Positions 46,812 through 55,731 of a stretch of 64,000 nucleotides of DNA are shown piece after piece. A program made the position numbers and the translations under genes. The stretch comes from an uncultured candidate division Zixibacteria bacterium (GTDB taxonomy: Bacteria; Zixibacteria; MSB-5A5; GN15; FEB-12), in NCBI GenBank assembly GCA_963664195.1, contig OY760907.1, positions 96,001 through 160,000 of the forward strand, in the 5' to 3' direction. Position 1 is the stretch's first letter. Each line of letters opens with the position of its first letter. Below the pieces are notes generated by a model. It was not told the DNA's origin and did not search any database. It was given only the letters and a program-made list of their open reading frames with translations.

Positions 46812-48482
46812 CTAGCGCATCGTACCGTTGTAGTGCGCCGTCAACTGACGCTGGCGAATCGCCGGATCGGTGTAGTCCGGAAGCAGCATCGGAGCCACGC
46901 GACCATCACCGACACCCGCGTCGTCGATTTCCTTGTTGTACTTGATCGCATGTTCGATCGACAACTTGGAACCGTTCGCCTTTTCGTTGGCGTACTTCGC
47001 GGCGCTTTCGCCGGCGATACGACCGTAGACCATGATGTCCAGAAGCGAGTTGCCCATCAGGCGATTCTCTCCGTGGATACCGCCGCCGACCTCGCCGCCG
47101 AGGAAAAGACCCGGCACGCAGGTTTCGCCGGTGTCTCTGAATTCCAACCCGCCGTTTTGATAGTGCAGGGTCGGGAAGATCAGCATCGGCTCTTTCGAAA
47201 TGTCGATTCCGAAACGACGATACAAAATGAACTTGCCCGGGAATTCGCGCTCGACCGTGCCCTCACCGGAGAGCATGTCGATCATCGGTGAATCCAGCCA
47301 AATACCCATCTTGCCGGTCGGAGTCGGAACACCCATCTTGTCGGCAACGGCGTGCTTAATGATCGCGGCAGCTTCGACATCACGCGGCTCACGTTCGTTA
47401 ACGAACTGCTGGCCTTCGATATCGACAAGGTTCGCGCCGGAGCCACGGAACTTCTCAGTGATGAGAATGCCCTCGGCCTGTTCCGGGAAAACGATGCCGG
47501 TCGGGTGATACTGCACGGTATGCAGGAAGCAAACCGGAACGCCCGCGCGGTAGCCCATGACGATACCGTCGGCGGTAGCGCCGTAATGGTTAGTCGTCAT
47601 GAAACCCTGAATGTGAAGACGGCCGCAGCCGCCGGTTGCCATCACGACCGACTTGGCCTTGACGACGATGTATTCCTCGGTCTCCATATTGTAGAGAACC
47701 GCGCCCGCGGCATGACCGTGCTCGTTGAGCAACAGTTCAACCGCCGGGGAGAATTCGATCACGTTGATCATGTCCTTGCGGTTACGGGCTTCGTCACGCA
47801 CCGTGCGCATCATTTCCGCACCGGTGATGTCAGCCGCGTAGTGCATCCGCTTGCGACAAGTACCGCCGCCGTGGATAGTCTTCAACCTGCCGTCTGCGTC
47901 TTTGGAGAAGTTGCAGCCGAGGCTTTCGAGCCATTTGATCGCATCCGGGGCCTTGTTGGCCAGCGTTTCGACCAGCTCCGGAACGTTCTTGAAGTGACCG
48001 CCGCCCATGATATCGAGATAGTGAAAGTACGGCGAGTCTTTGTGACCTTTGGAAGCAGCCTGAATGCCGCCCTCGGCCATCATCGTGTTGGCATCGCCGT
48101 GGCGAAGCTTGGTGGCCATGATGACTTTGCAGCCGTGCTGCGCGGCCAGGATTGCGGCAGCCGTGCCGGCACCGCCGCCACCGATAACGAGCACGTCGGT
48201 TTCGTAATCAATCGTATTCAGATCAATCTTGGCGGGATCGACACGGGTCTTGGCCTCGAGCATATCGACCATTTCGTGCGCAATCCGGTAGCCCTTGCTC
48301 GGACCGATCTTCACCTCGCGGCGTCCTTCTTCCTTGACGTCCGGGTGGTGCTGAAGCATTTCCTTGCGTTCGTCGAGCGAAAGGAACGGGACTTCATCGT
48401 TCTTCAGCTTGCGTTCCACACGCTCGACGCGAGTGGCTTCGACTTTCTTTATGAGTTGCTTTAGTTCCTCTGGGTATGGCAT
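46812..48482 (-). CDS. Fumarate reductase/succinate dehydrogenase-family flavoprotein (TfrA-like)
   Basis: DVLVIGGGGAG, MAEGG, QYHPT, ITEKFRG, EPRD, HYQNGG, HGENRLMGNSL. Confidence 0.88.
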   Translation of the reverse strand: MPYPEELKQLIKKVEATRVERVERKLKNDEVPFLSLDERKEMLQHHPDVKEEGRREVKIGPSKGYRIAHEMVDMLEAKTRVDPAKIDLNTIDYETDVLVIGGGGAGTAAAILAAQHGCKVIMATKLRHGDANTMMAEGGIQAASKGHKDSPYFHYLDIMGGGHFKNVPELVETLANKAPDAIKWLESLGCNFSKDADGRLKTIHGGGTCRKRMHYAADITGAEMMRTVRDEARNRKDMINVIEFSPAVELLLNEHGHAAGAVLYNMETEEYIVVKAKSVVMATGGCGRLHIQGFMTTNHYGATADGIVMGYRAGVPVCFLHTVQYHPTGIVFPEQAEGILITEKFRGSGANLVDIEGQQFVNEREPRDVEAAAIIKHAVADKMGVPTPTGKMGIWLDSPMIDMLSGEGTVEREFPGKFILYRRFGIDISKEPMLIFPTLHYQNGGLEFRDTGETCVPGLFLGGEVGGGIHGENRLMGNSLLDIMVYGRIAGESAAKYANEKANGSKLSIEHAIKYNKEIDDAGVGDGRVAPMLLPDYTDPAIRQRQLTAHYNGTMR

Positions 48483-48518
48483 AGCAAACCTTCTTTTTCT
48501 TACGTCAAAGTTATCGGC

Positions 48519-49274
48519 CTAAAGATACGTGGAATCCTTCGGAGTCCAATCATCGCCAGCCGTGGCCGGTTCCATCTCGCGCTCGGTGTACGTTTTCCGA
48601 AGCGTCTCTTCATCGGAGGCCTTGAGTTCCTCAAGCCCCTTGATAAACCGACCGGCCTCGATATTCGCAACCATCGTGGCCAAGTGCTCGGCCTTCGGAG
48701 TCAGATACTGACCGTTGATCCGTCGAGCAAGCTGGGCAATATGGTACTGCGGCAGTTCGCCCATGCACCGCGAGGCACACAGACCGCACTGGATGCAATC
48801 GAATGAAGTCTCGGCGGCAGCCTTGATATCGCCGCGCTTCAACTCCGCGATATAATCCATGACCTGGACGTCCATCGGGCAGACCTTGGTGCAGGCGTTA
48901 CAGGCCACACAGCGGAACAGTTCCGGATAGAGGGCGAAGATTTCTTCCGGATCTCCCTTGAGACCTTCGAAATCATACGTTGCCCTGTTGGCCGGATAAA
49001 ACGGTAGCTGCGTCAGGTACATCTCCGGCTCCACGACCGTCTGGCATGCCAGACCGGTGCGGATTTTGTACTCACCCGGAAGGCGGTACACGGTGGCACA
49101 GGCGCCACAAACGCCGCCGCGACAGCCACAACCGCGAATGTACTTGTACCCGGCATACTCGATAGCCTTCATAATCGTCAGGCTGTCGGGCACGTCGTAC
49201 CGTTTACCCATGACGTAAATGGGAATCAGCTTCCCCTCAACTTTTACTTCGCTTTCCTTTTCTAGCGTACTCAT
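48519..49274 (-). CDS. SdhB/FrdB-like Fe-S subunit (2Fe-2S + 2x4Fe-4S)
   Basis: GCRGGVCGAC...LACQ; CVACNACTKVCP; CIQCGLCASRC. Confidence 0.85.
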   Translation of the reverse strand: MSTLEKESEVKVEGKLIPIYVMGKRYDVPDSLTIMKAIEYAGYKYIRGCGCRGGVCGACATVYRLPGEYKIRTGLACQTVVEPEMYLTQLPFYPANRATYDFEGLKGDPEEIFALYPELFRCVACNACTKVCPMDVQVMDYIAELKRGDIKAAAETSFDCIQCGLCASRCMGELPQYHIAQLARRINGQYLTPKAEHLATMVANIEAGRFIKGLEELKASDEETLRKTYTEREMEPATAGDDWTPKDSTYL

Positions 49275-49319
49275 GGTAGCCTCATCACATGTATTTCTGT
49301 AGATAATTGTCGTGTCATC

Positions 49320-50204
49320 TCAAGCGGTCGGGATTAGCTGTTTCTCTTTCAGCAGATTGACAGCGCTCTCTCGATTCATATCCAAACGGCAGCCCTCCGG
49401 CGAAACGCCGAGCGCCACAGCCAACAACTGAGTGAAGTAGTAAATCGGAACGTCCTTGGCTCCCTCGTACTTCTCCAGCATCTTGTCCTGACGTTTGCCC
49501 AGGTTGTAGTCGCACAGCGGACAAGCCAGCGCGAGAGCGTCGGCTCCGTGCGCAGTGGCATCGTTGAGGATGCCGTACGAGGTCTTCAGGGCAATCTCAG
49601 GATTGCCGAGCGCCTGATAGGTTCCGCAGCATTCGATTGTCGACGGGAAGTCGATCACCTCTGCCCCGATAGCTTCAAGGAAGTCGTGCAGGAGGCGCGG
49701 TTTATCCGGGCGATCGAGGGCAACTTCTTTCGGGCGGGTCAACGTGCAACCGTAGTACGGCGCCGTCTTGAGGTCGGTGAGCGGCGTCTTGACCGCTGCT
49801 TTGAGCTTGTCCCAGCCGATATCGTCCCTGAGGAAGTCGAGCATATGGACTACACGGACTTCACCTGCGTAGTCCGGTTCTTCATCCATGAAGTCATTGA
49901 TGGTCTTGCGTTTTTCTTCGTCCTCGGCCATCAGTTTGTTGGCGCGGGCGAGGGTGTTGTAGCACATCGCACAGAGGGTCAGAACGGTGTCCGAACCGGC
50001 CTCTTTGGCGCGAATAAGGTCCCGCACCGGTGCGATCAAATGAATCAAGTCGTCATCGGCCAGCGAATACACGGCCCCGCAGCAGTTCCAGCGCGGAAGC
50101 TCTTCGTACTCGACCCCAAGAGCGTCCAGGGAGGCCAGAGCGGAGTCTTCGAGGTTGCGCGCCTTGGTTTTGAGCGTGCATCCGGGATAGTAACTAAGTT
50201 TCAT
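49320..50204 (-). CDS. hdrB: Heterodisulfide reductase subunit B-like (two CCG motifs)
   Basis: YYPGC, WNCCGA, CAMCY, YYGC, ECCG, ACPLCDYNL, YFTQLL. Start moved to ATG 50204. Confidence 0.88.
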   Translation of the reverse strand: MKLSYYPGCTLKTKARNLEDSALASLDALGVEYEELPRWNCCGAVYSLADDDLIHLIAPVRDLIRAKEAGSDTVLTLCAMCYNTLARANKLMAEDEEKRKTINDFMDEEPDYAGEVRVVHMLDFLRDDIGWDKLKAAVKTPLTDLKTAPYYGCTLTRPKEVALDRPDKPRLLHDFLEAIGAEVIDFPSTIECCGTYQALGNPEIALKTSYGILNDATAHGADALALACPLCDYNLGKRQDKMLEKYEGAKDVPIYYFTQLLAVALGVSPEGCRLDMNRESAVNLLKEKQLIPTA

Positions 50205-50212
50205 AGAGTTCC

Positions 50213-50620
50213 TCACGAAGTAAACTTGCGCATTCCGGCAACCATGGCTATCTGCGGCAGGTCAACCACTTCCTCGGGCTGTAGATTGGAGGGTTCGACA
50301 TGATCGACATTCTCGCGCAGCTTGATCTGGCGAAGCGCCTCCATCACACGCGGCAGATCGATACCTCGCGTGCAGCGGACAACGCACATGTGGCATGAAG
50401 CACAGACCCAGGGAGTATTGAGCATGTCGAGTGCCTCAGACTGCCCGAACTGGATGAGTGCCATAATCTTGCGCGGAGCAGCATCAACCTCTTCGGCCAT
50501 CGGACAGGACGCCGTACACGTGCCGCATTGCATACATTGGTACACGTTTTCTCCGCTGATCTCCATGACCTTACGGCGCCATTTGTCGTTGATGGTTTTG
50601 TTAGAAATTTCCCTTGGCAT
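50213..50620 (-). CDS. hdrC: Heterodisulfide reductase subunit C-like (2x4Fe-4S)
   Basis: CMQCGTCTASCP, PRKI, WVCASCHMCVVRC.RGID..VMEALR. Confidence 0.88.
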   Translation of the reverse strand: MPREISNKTINDKWRRKVMEISGENVYQCMQCGTCTASCPMAEEVDAAPRKIMALIQFGQSEALDMLNTPWVCASCHMCVVRCTRGIDLPRVMEALRQIKLRENVDHVEPSNLQPEEVVDLPQIAMVAGMRKFTS

Positions 50621-51032
50621 AAAAACCTCTTGAGATGTGGTGTCTCAGCAGACAGACCTTCTACCCGAGCTGTGTCGCAAGGTCCTTACGCCCGCCGTGA
50701 CAAGGGATTGTGAACCGATTCACAAAGCTCGTCATAATACAACTTTTCCAAAATAGAGAATACAGGGATTAAACGCAACCGGTTTGTGTCTTTTTTCACT
50801 AAATATGACCACATGTTGTGCCTCCTCAGGTTCTGCTCACACACCCACTTACATCTTCGTTTATGTCCGATTCCGGATAACAAATCGCCTTGTCTCTTTT
50901 TGCAGGCGTATTTCCCCGTCAAGATTAAACCTTTTTGCTCGTTCAAACGTCTCTCCTGCTGGAATCAACGACTGCGGACGACAAGTCCTCTTGTTGCCTC
51001 ACCTCACACACCAAACGAAAGGAGCCATCCCG

Positions 51033-51788
51033 GTGAAAAAACGCATGGCCCCAACCACCTTCGCAATCCACGCTCCTCTCCTCCTGTTGCTCGCCCTGCT
51101 TGTCACAACCGTAGCAGCGGAGGCCTCTGAAATCCATGCGGCTGCCAAAAACGGACATATCAACCCGAAGGAGTTGGCAGACCAGAGAGTCACGGTGTTT
51201 GTCACCCACGAACACAGGGATCATTACGATACAACTATTTTTGACTGGCAGAACGGCTTGGATGACATCACCTACGTCTACGGGTTCCGTCCCGAACGAC
51301 TTCCACAAAATCGTCAGACCGGCTATCACGGGCCAGCGTACGAGTATATTGGTCCCCGTGAACATAAAGATATCAACTGCCTGGATGTCACAACCATCGC
51401 CGCCAACGATGCCGGAGTCGGGTATCTGATTCGAGTCGATGGCCTCACCCTGTATCATGCCGGAGATCACGCCGGCTGGGCACCGAATAGACGGGAAGGC
51501 TACATCGCCGAGATAGATTTCCTGGACGAGCAGGTCGACGAACTTGATCTGGCCTTCGTAAACGTCACCGGCTGCCATACCCACGACACGGCGGCACTGG
51601 CCGAAGGGACCTGGTACACGCTGGAGCATCTACGCCCGGCAGCCTGGTTCCCGACGCACGCCGCTGGTCGCGAGTACATTTACGGACAGTTTGCTCACAA
51701 AGCACAGAATCATCCGTACGGCGAACGGATAGCGTGTCCCGAGAACCGCGGAGACAAGTTCCTGTACAAAATGGGTCGAATACTCTGA
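51033..51788 (+). CDS. Exported MBL-fold metallohydrolase, apparently lacking its N-terminal strands (possible internal deletion)
   Basis: AAGGAG RBS before GTG 51033; VFVTHEHRDH, GVGYLIRVDGLTLYHAGD, FPTH. Confidence 0.7.
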   Translation: MKKRMAPTTFAIHAPLLLLLALLVTTVAAEASEIHAAAKNGHINPKELADQRVTVFVTHEHRDHYDTTIFDWQNGLDDITYVYGFRPERLPQNRQTGYHGPAYEYIGPREHKDINCLDVTTIAANDAGVGYLIRVDGLTLYHAGDHAGWAPNRREGYIAEIDFLDEQVDELDLAFVNVTGCHTHDTAALAEGTWYTLEHLRPAAWFPTHAAGREYIYGQFAHKAQNHPYGERIACPENRGDKFLYKMGRIL

Positions 51789-51808
51789 AGTAACCGCGCA
51801 CAACCTGA

Positions 51809-51835
51809 AGGCGGCCGAATAATCGGTCGCTTTTT
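51809..51835 (+). terminator. Intrinsic terminator
   Basis: AGGCGGCCGA-ataa-TCGGTCGC followed by TTTTT. Confidence 0.7.
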
Positions 51836-52246
51836 CCCTTGCCCGAAGTACAATAGCATCAACAGATAAGAGCGAGAAACGTACTATCTGTATTCAATAC
51901 GGTAGAACAACCTTCTATACAGGTGGAGCACGACAACCAGGATGCAACATTCCCATTGTGAGAACTGACAGCCGCACGGCACACTCACGCCGTTCCAGCC
52001 CCGAACCCGGCTCCAGCACCGCGACAGTTACCTGAATCTCCGACAGAAAACGCCAAAGAGTACCCATCTGAACCGAAGTGAAGCGTCGACGCGCCTCGAT
52101 TCATAGGGCCGAAGTGTCGACTGCTATGTATGGCCGGTGGCAAACGCGCTGAAAGCTGCGTTTTGCGTTAGTTTTGAAGCCTAAGAATTGTCTATAAGAG
52201 GTTGTAGCGGTTTCGAGCAAACCAAACAAGAAAAGGCGGTATAGTC

Positions 52247-52468
52247 ATGAAAACACCAATCCCCGACTATCTTGAAGCCATGGTGAACAACTCCAGAGAT
52301 GCGTTTTGCGACACTCTTCACAATCCCGCTCTCTGGTCAGAAGCCCTGGCCAAACGCACCCTTGAGCGTATCGGCAGCCAGGCATTTAACATCAGCGACG
52401 TGCAAACAGTCATCAAGGACTACGTCTCGGTTCTTTCGGAAGCCATAAGAAGAGGCGAGACTTTTTAG
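52247..52468 (+). CDS. Small hypothetical protein (73 aa)
   Basis: ATG with purine-rich upstream sequence, free-standing in an intergenic gap; no motif recognised. Confidence 0.5.
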   Translation: MKTPIPDYLEAMVNNSRDAFCDTLHNPALWSEALAKRTLERIGSQAFNISDVQTVIKDYVSVLSEAIRRGETF

Positions 52469-52667
52469 ACTCTTTGCATTATATTATACAGAGAGGCAAA
52501 CGGCACAACACAGGATTCCTGGGAGTAGGCCGGTCGTCAGGTAGGACACCGGCAATAGGATAGCGATGAAACTGCTATCAACCTCTTTAAGACAATTTGG
52601 GCAAATAACTACGAGAAGGACATACGTCTGCGGGCACCCTGCTCGTATTGTCGTGTGGTAATCGAGA

Positions 52668-54098
52668 ATGGAAATAGTAACTTCCAAAGTATCGGTATAT
52701 GAAGTCGAGTTGGATCTGAAAAGATGGGACAAGATTGACAGCAGCCAGGTACCGAGTTTCTATGCCGCCCTTTCCGATTCCATACCGTCCGTCAAAGAAC
52801 ACAAGTGCATGAGCGGCAAAGCCGGCGGGTTCCTCGCCGAGCTGCGCAAAGGAACCAACTTCGCTCACGTTATCGAACACGTACTGTTGGAGTTGATCAG
52901 CCTCTCCGATCCGGAGAAGCAAGTCTACACCGGCTGGACACGGGAAAAGGGTGACCATCAATACGTCATTCACTACGGTGCACCCGACTTTCTCACCGGT
53001 CGACTGGCCGCCATACTCGGCGTGGACATTGTCAAACGGCTGATCAACGAAGAATCCATAGACCTTGAGCATTACATCGGCCTGCTGAAACAGCCGTCAA
53101 AGTATTTCACGCAGGATGCAAGGGTTTCTGAAAACTTGCTGAATATGAGCGAACCGGTCAGTGTCATCCAGGAATTGGAAAGCCCGCCGGCCGATAAGAA
53201 GGAGGCTGCTCCTGTTCCTCAACTCAGCGATGAACAGAGAGCCAATATCCAGGCGATTCTTAAAGAGGTAAAGAAGCACGTCGGTCACATTGTGGAGTTG
53301 TGGTCGAAATCTTTCCTCGAGTACAGCGGCGATTTCGGGCGGGCAATCATCGACAAGATCGAGCTTATCAATGTTGACAGATTCATGCCGTCGCTGGTGG
53401 CAGGCGATTTCGATGGCTTCTTCCGTGGCGTAAAAAACGTCTGCTATGTCATCAGTTCCTATCGCATTCCCATGCACTTCCTTACCCATTCCATCTGGCT
53501 CTACAAGAATCACCTGATGGGTTACATAATCGAAGAGCACAAGGACGAAAAGGAATTCTTGCACCAGGCGGTTCAGGATTTCGAGGACTTCTTCCAGATC
53601 ATCCTGCGAAATGTCTCCGTAGGCTTTGAAACTTCTCCCCCCGCAGGAAGTGCCGCACCACTGCATGAGTTGAAGGAATTCCGTGAGCTTAAGGAGAGCA
53701 AGGAATTGATCCTGGCAGTGGACGACGATGAGATTACACGCCGTGCCTTCAGGGATATCCTTGAGTATCATGGATACCGCACTATCCTCGCACGCGACGG
53801 GAACCAGGCGCTGGAGATTCTTCGCGAGAAGGGAACGGAGATAACCCTCGTCATTCTGGACCTGTTCATGCCCGGTATGGATGGAAGAGAAGTGTACTCT
53901 CGAATCAAAGAAACGTATCCGACCATCAACATCCTTGTCTCGAGCGGATATCCGATAGATCACGAAACCGGGGACATGCTGACACGTGATCTGGTTTGCT
54001 TCATCAGCAAACCGTTCAAAGTCGAGGAATTCCTAGTGAAAGTACAGTCGCTCCTTGAGCGCGGGACCAATACCGATACATCGCTCGGCGGCTGGTAG
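52668..54098 (+). CDS. Cyanophycin-synthetase N-domain-like + helical domain + response-regulator receiver fusion
   Basis: IPSVKEHKC..G..GGF...LRKGTNFAHVIEHVLLEL; C-terminal ILAVDDD, LVILDLFMPGMDG, VSSGY, FISKPF. Confidence 0.8.
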   Translation: MEIVTSKVSVYEVELDLKRWDKIDSSQVPSFYAALSDSIPSVKEHKCMSGKAGGFLAELRKGTNFAHVIEHVLLELISLSDPEKQVYTGWTREKGDHQYVIHYGAPDFLTGRLAAILGVDIVKRLINEESIDLEHYIGLLKQPSKYFTQDARVSENLLNMSEPVSVIQELESPPADKKEAAPVPQLSDEQRANIQAILKEVKKHVGHIVELWSKSFLEYSGDFGRAIIDKIELINVDRFMPSLVAGDFDGFFRGVKNVCYVISSYRIPMHFLTHSIWLYKNHLMGYIIEEHKDEKEFLHQAVQDFEDFFQIILRNVSVGFETSPPAGSAAPLHELKEFRELKESKELILAVDDDEITRRAFRDILEYHGYRTILARDGNQALEILREKGTEITLVILDLFMPGMDGREVYSRIKETYPTINILVSSGYPIDHETGDMLTRDLVCFISKPFKVEEFLVKVQSLLERGTNTDTSLGGW

Positions 54099-54564
54099 AA
54101 GTATTCATGCTGGTTGGATTGCGCGGGCAATTGAACTACCCTCATCTCGGCGACGCATTCCACCTGTCGGCCGGATACAGGCCGTATTCGGCACAAGAGA
54201 AATCTGCACATTGGCTGCCAGACCGGCTCATCACCCCGCCGGGTAAGAAGGTGGCCGGCAGAACAAAAACGCAGAAGGCCGGCTTACGGTGCGGTTGCCC
54301 GGCGTTCAGCGAATAGATGTGCCGCAGCGCCGGTGCTTGTCAGAACATCCCTGGAGGAACGAAATCGTCTCACGATTGTTGCTCCTCGTGGTAGGAAACG
54401 GATTTGCCCGGGTCGGCAACATCGGAGGTACACCTTTTCGACTGATCCAAGCAACTTGTATCCGAGCCGGGTACGCCGGCTTTCCCTTATGATGTTTCAC
54501 GGTGCCTGACAGACCGTCACCCGCGCGCTTCGTTTCGGGTTACCCGTACCGAGAGGAGTCGACA

Positions 54565-55731
54565 ATGAGCAGGAAGACAGATCTCAAGTTGAGGAAATTC
54601 GTTGCACCGGAAATTATATTCGGTGAACATGCCCTGACATTCGCAGGTCATTACGCACACAAGTTCGGAAGTCGACGCGTCTTGCTCGTGACCGATCCGG
54701 GAGTTATGAAGGCCGGTTGGGCTGATCGTGTAATCACCAGCCTTCGGGAATCACGTATTCCCTACGAGATATACTCGTCGGTCACTCCGAATCCCAAGGA
54801 GTCCGAGGTCATGCGCGGCGCCGAGCTGTACCGCAGTGCCGGCTGCGACTGCATTGTGGCCGTGGGCGGCGGCAGCCCGCTCGACTGTGCCAAGGGGATC
54901 GGAATTGTCTGTTCCAATAACGACGACATTCTGAAATTCGAGGGCGTCGATCAGATTTCGTCTCCCACGCCGCCGATGATTTGTGTCCCCACGACAGGCG
55001 GCACCTCGGCCGATGTTTCGCAGTTTGCAATCATCAACGATACCGGCCGTCGGACGAAAATCGCAATCATCAGCAAGGCGATTGTACCCGACGTCGCGCT
55101 GGTCGATCCGTCAACACTCACTACCATGGACCCGTACCTGACCGCCTGCACAGGACTCGATGCACTTGTCCACGCTATCGAGGCATTTGTGTCAAATGCC
55201 AGCTCTCCCCTGACCGACGTTCACGCTCTCAAAGCCGTGGAGTTGGTGACAAAAAACCTGGAAGCCACGCTGGCCGATCCGGACAACGTGGAGAAACGAT
55301 CGCAGGTGATGCTCGGCAGTCTGGAGGCCGGTCTGGCCTTTTCAAACGCCAGTCTTGGAGCGGTCCATGCCATGGCACACAGTCTTGGCGGTTTTCTTGA
55401 CTTGCCTCACGGCGAATGTAATGCCATGTTGTTGAGGCACGTGGTAGCCTACAACTTTGAAACAGAAGCGGACCGTTTCAAGGAGATCGGCAAAGCTATG
55501 GGACTCGACGTGAGAGGCATGGTTATTAAGGACGTCAAAAGAGCCATTCTCAATGCGGTGGACGCCCTGAGAACGCGGGTTGGAGTCACAGAGACTCTCT
55601 CTCCGAGAGGGGTCAAGACTGACGACATCCCCGATCTGGCTTCGCGGGCCATCGCCGACGCCTGCATCGTGACCAATCCCCGCAAGTCAACTCAGAGAGA
55701 CCTTGAGGTTATCTATGAAGAAGCGCTCTGA
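54565..55731 (+). CDS. ercA: Iron-containing alcohol dehydrogenase-like regulatory protein
   Basis: LRKFVAPEIIFG, VGGGSPLDCAK, PTTGGTSADVSQF, GLDALVHAIE, GAVHAMAH, HGECNA; GAGGAG RBS before ATG 54565. Confidence 0.85.
   Translation: MSRKTDLKLRKFVAPEIIFGEHALTFAGHYAHKFGSRRVLLVTDPGVMKAGWADRVITSLRESRIPYEIYSSVTPNPKESEVMRGAELYRSAGCDCIVAVGGGSPLDCAKGIGIVCSNNDDILKFEGVDQISSPTPPMICVPTTGGTSADVSQFAIINDTGRRTKIAIISKAIVPDVALVDPSTLTTMDPYLTACTGLDALVHAIEAFVSNASSPLTDVHALKAVELVTKNLEATLADPDNVEKRSQVMLGSLEAGLAFSNASLGAVHAMAHSLGGFLDLPHGECNAMLLRHVVAYNFETEADRFKEIGKAMGLDVRGMVIKDVKRAILNAVDALRTRVGVTETLSPRGVKTDDIPDLASRAIADACIVTNPRKSTQRDLEVIYEEAL

Noticed and set aside
49320..50620. Evidence for methanogenesis or archaeal origin of the contig
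   Set aside because: HdrBC-like proteins are widespread in anaerobic bacteria, and the surrounding genes and promoters are bacterial.
52138..52185. GGCAAAC...GAAA hairpin resembling a c-di-GMP-I riboswitch
   Set aside because: The GACGCAAAGC segment and second stem are missing; it reads as a simple hairpin. An Rfam scan would settle it.
52668..54098. Functional cyanophycin synthetase cphA
   Set aside because: No ATP-grasp or Mur-ligase domain; only the N domain is present.
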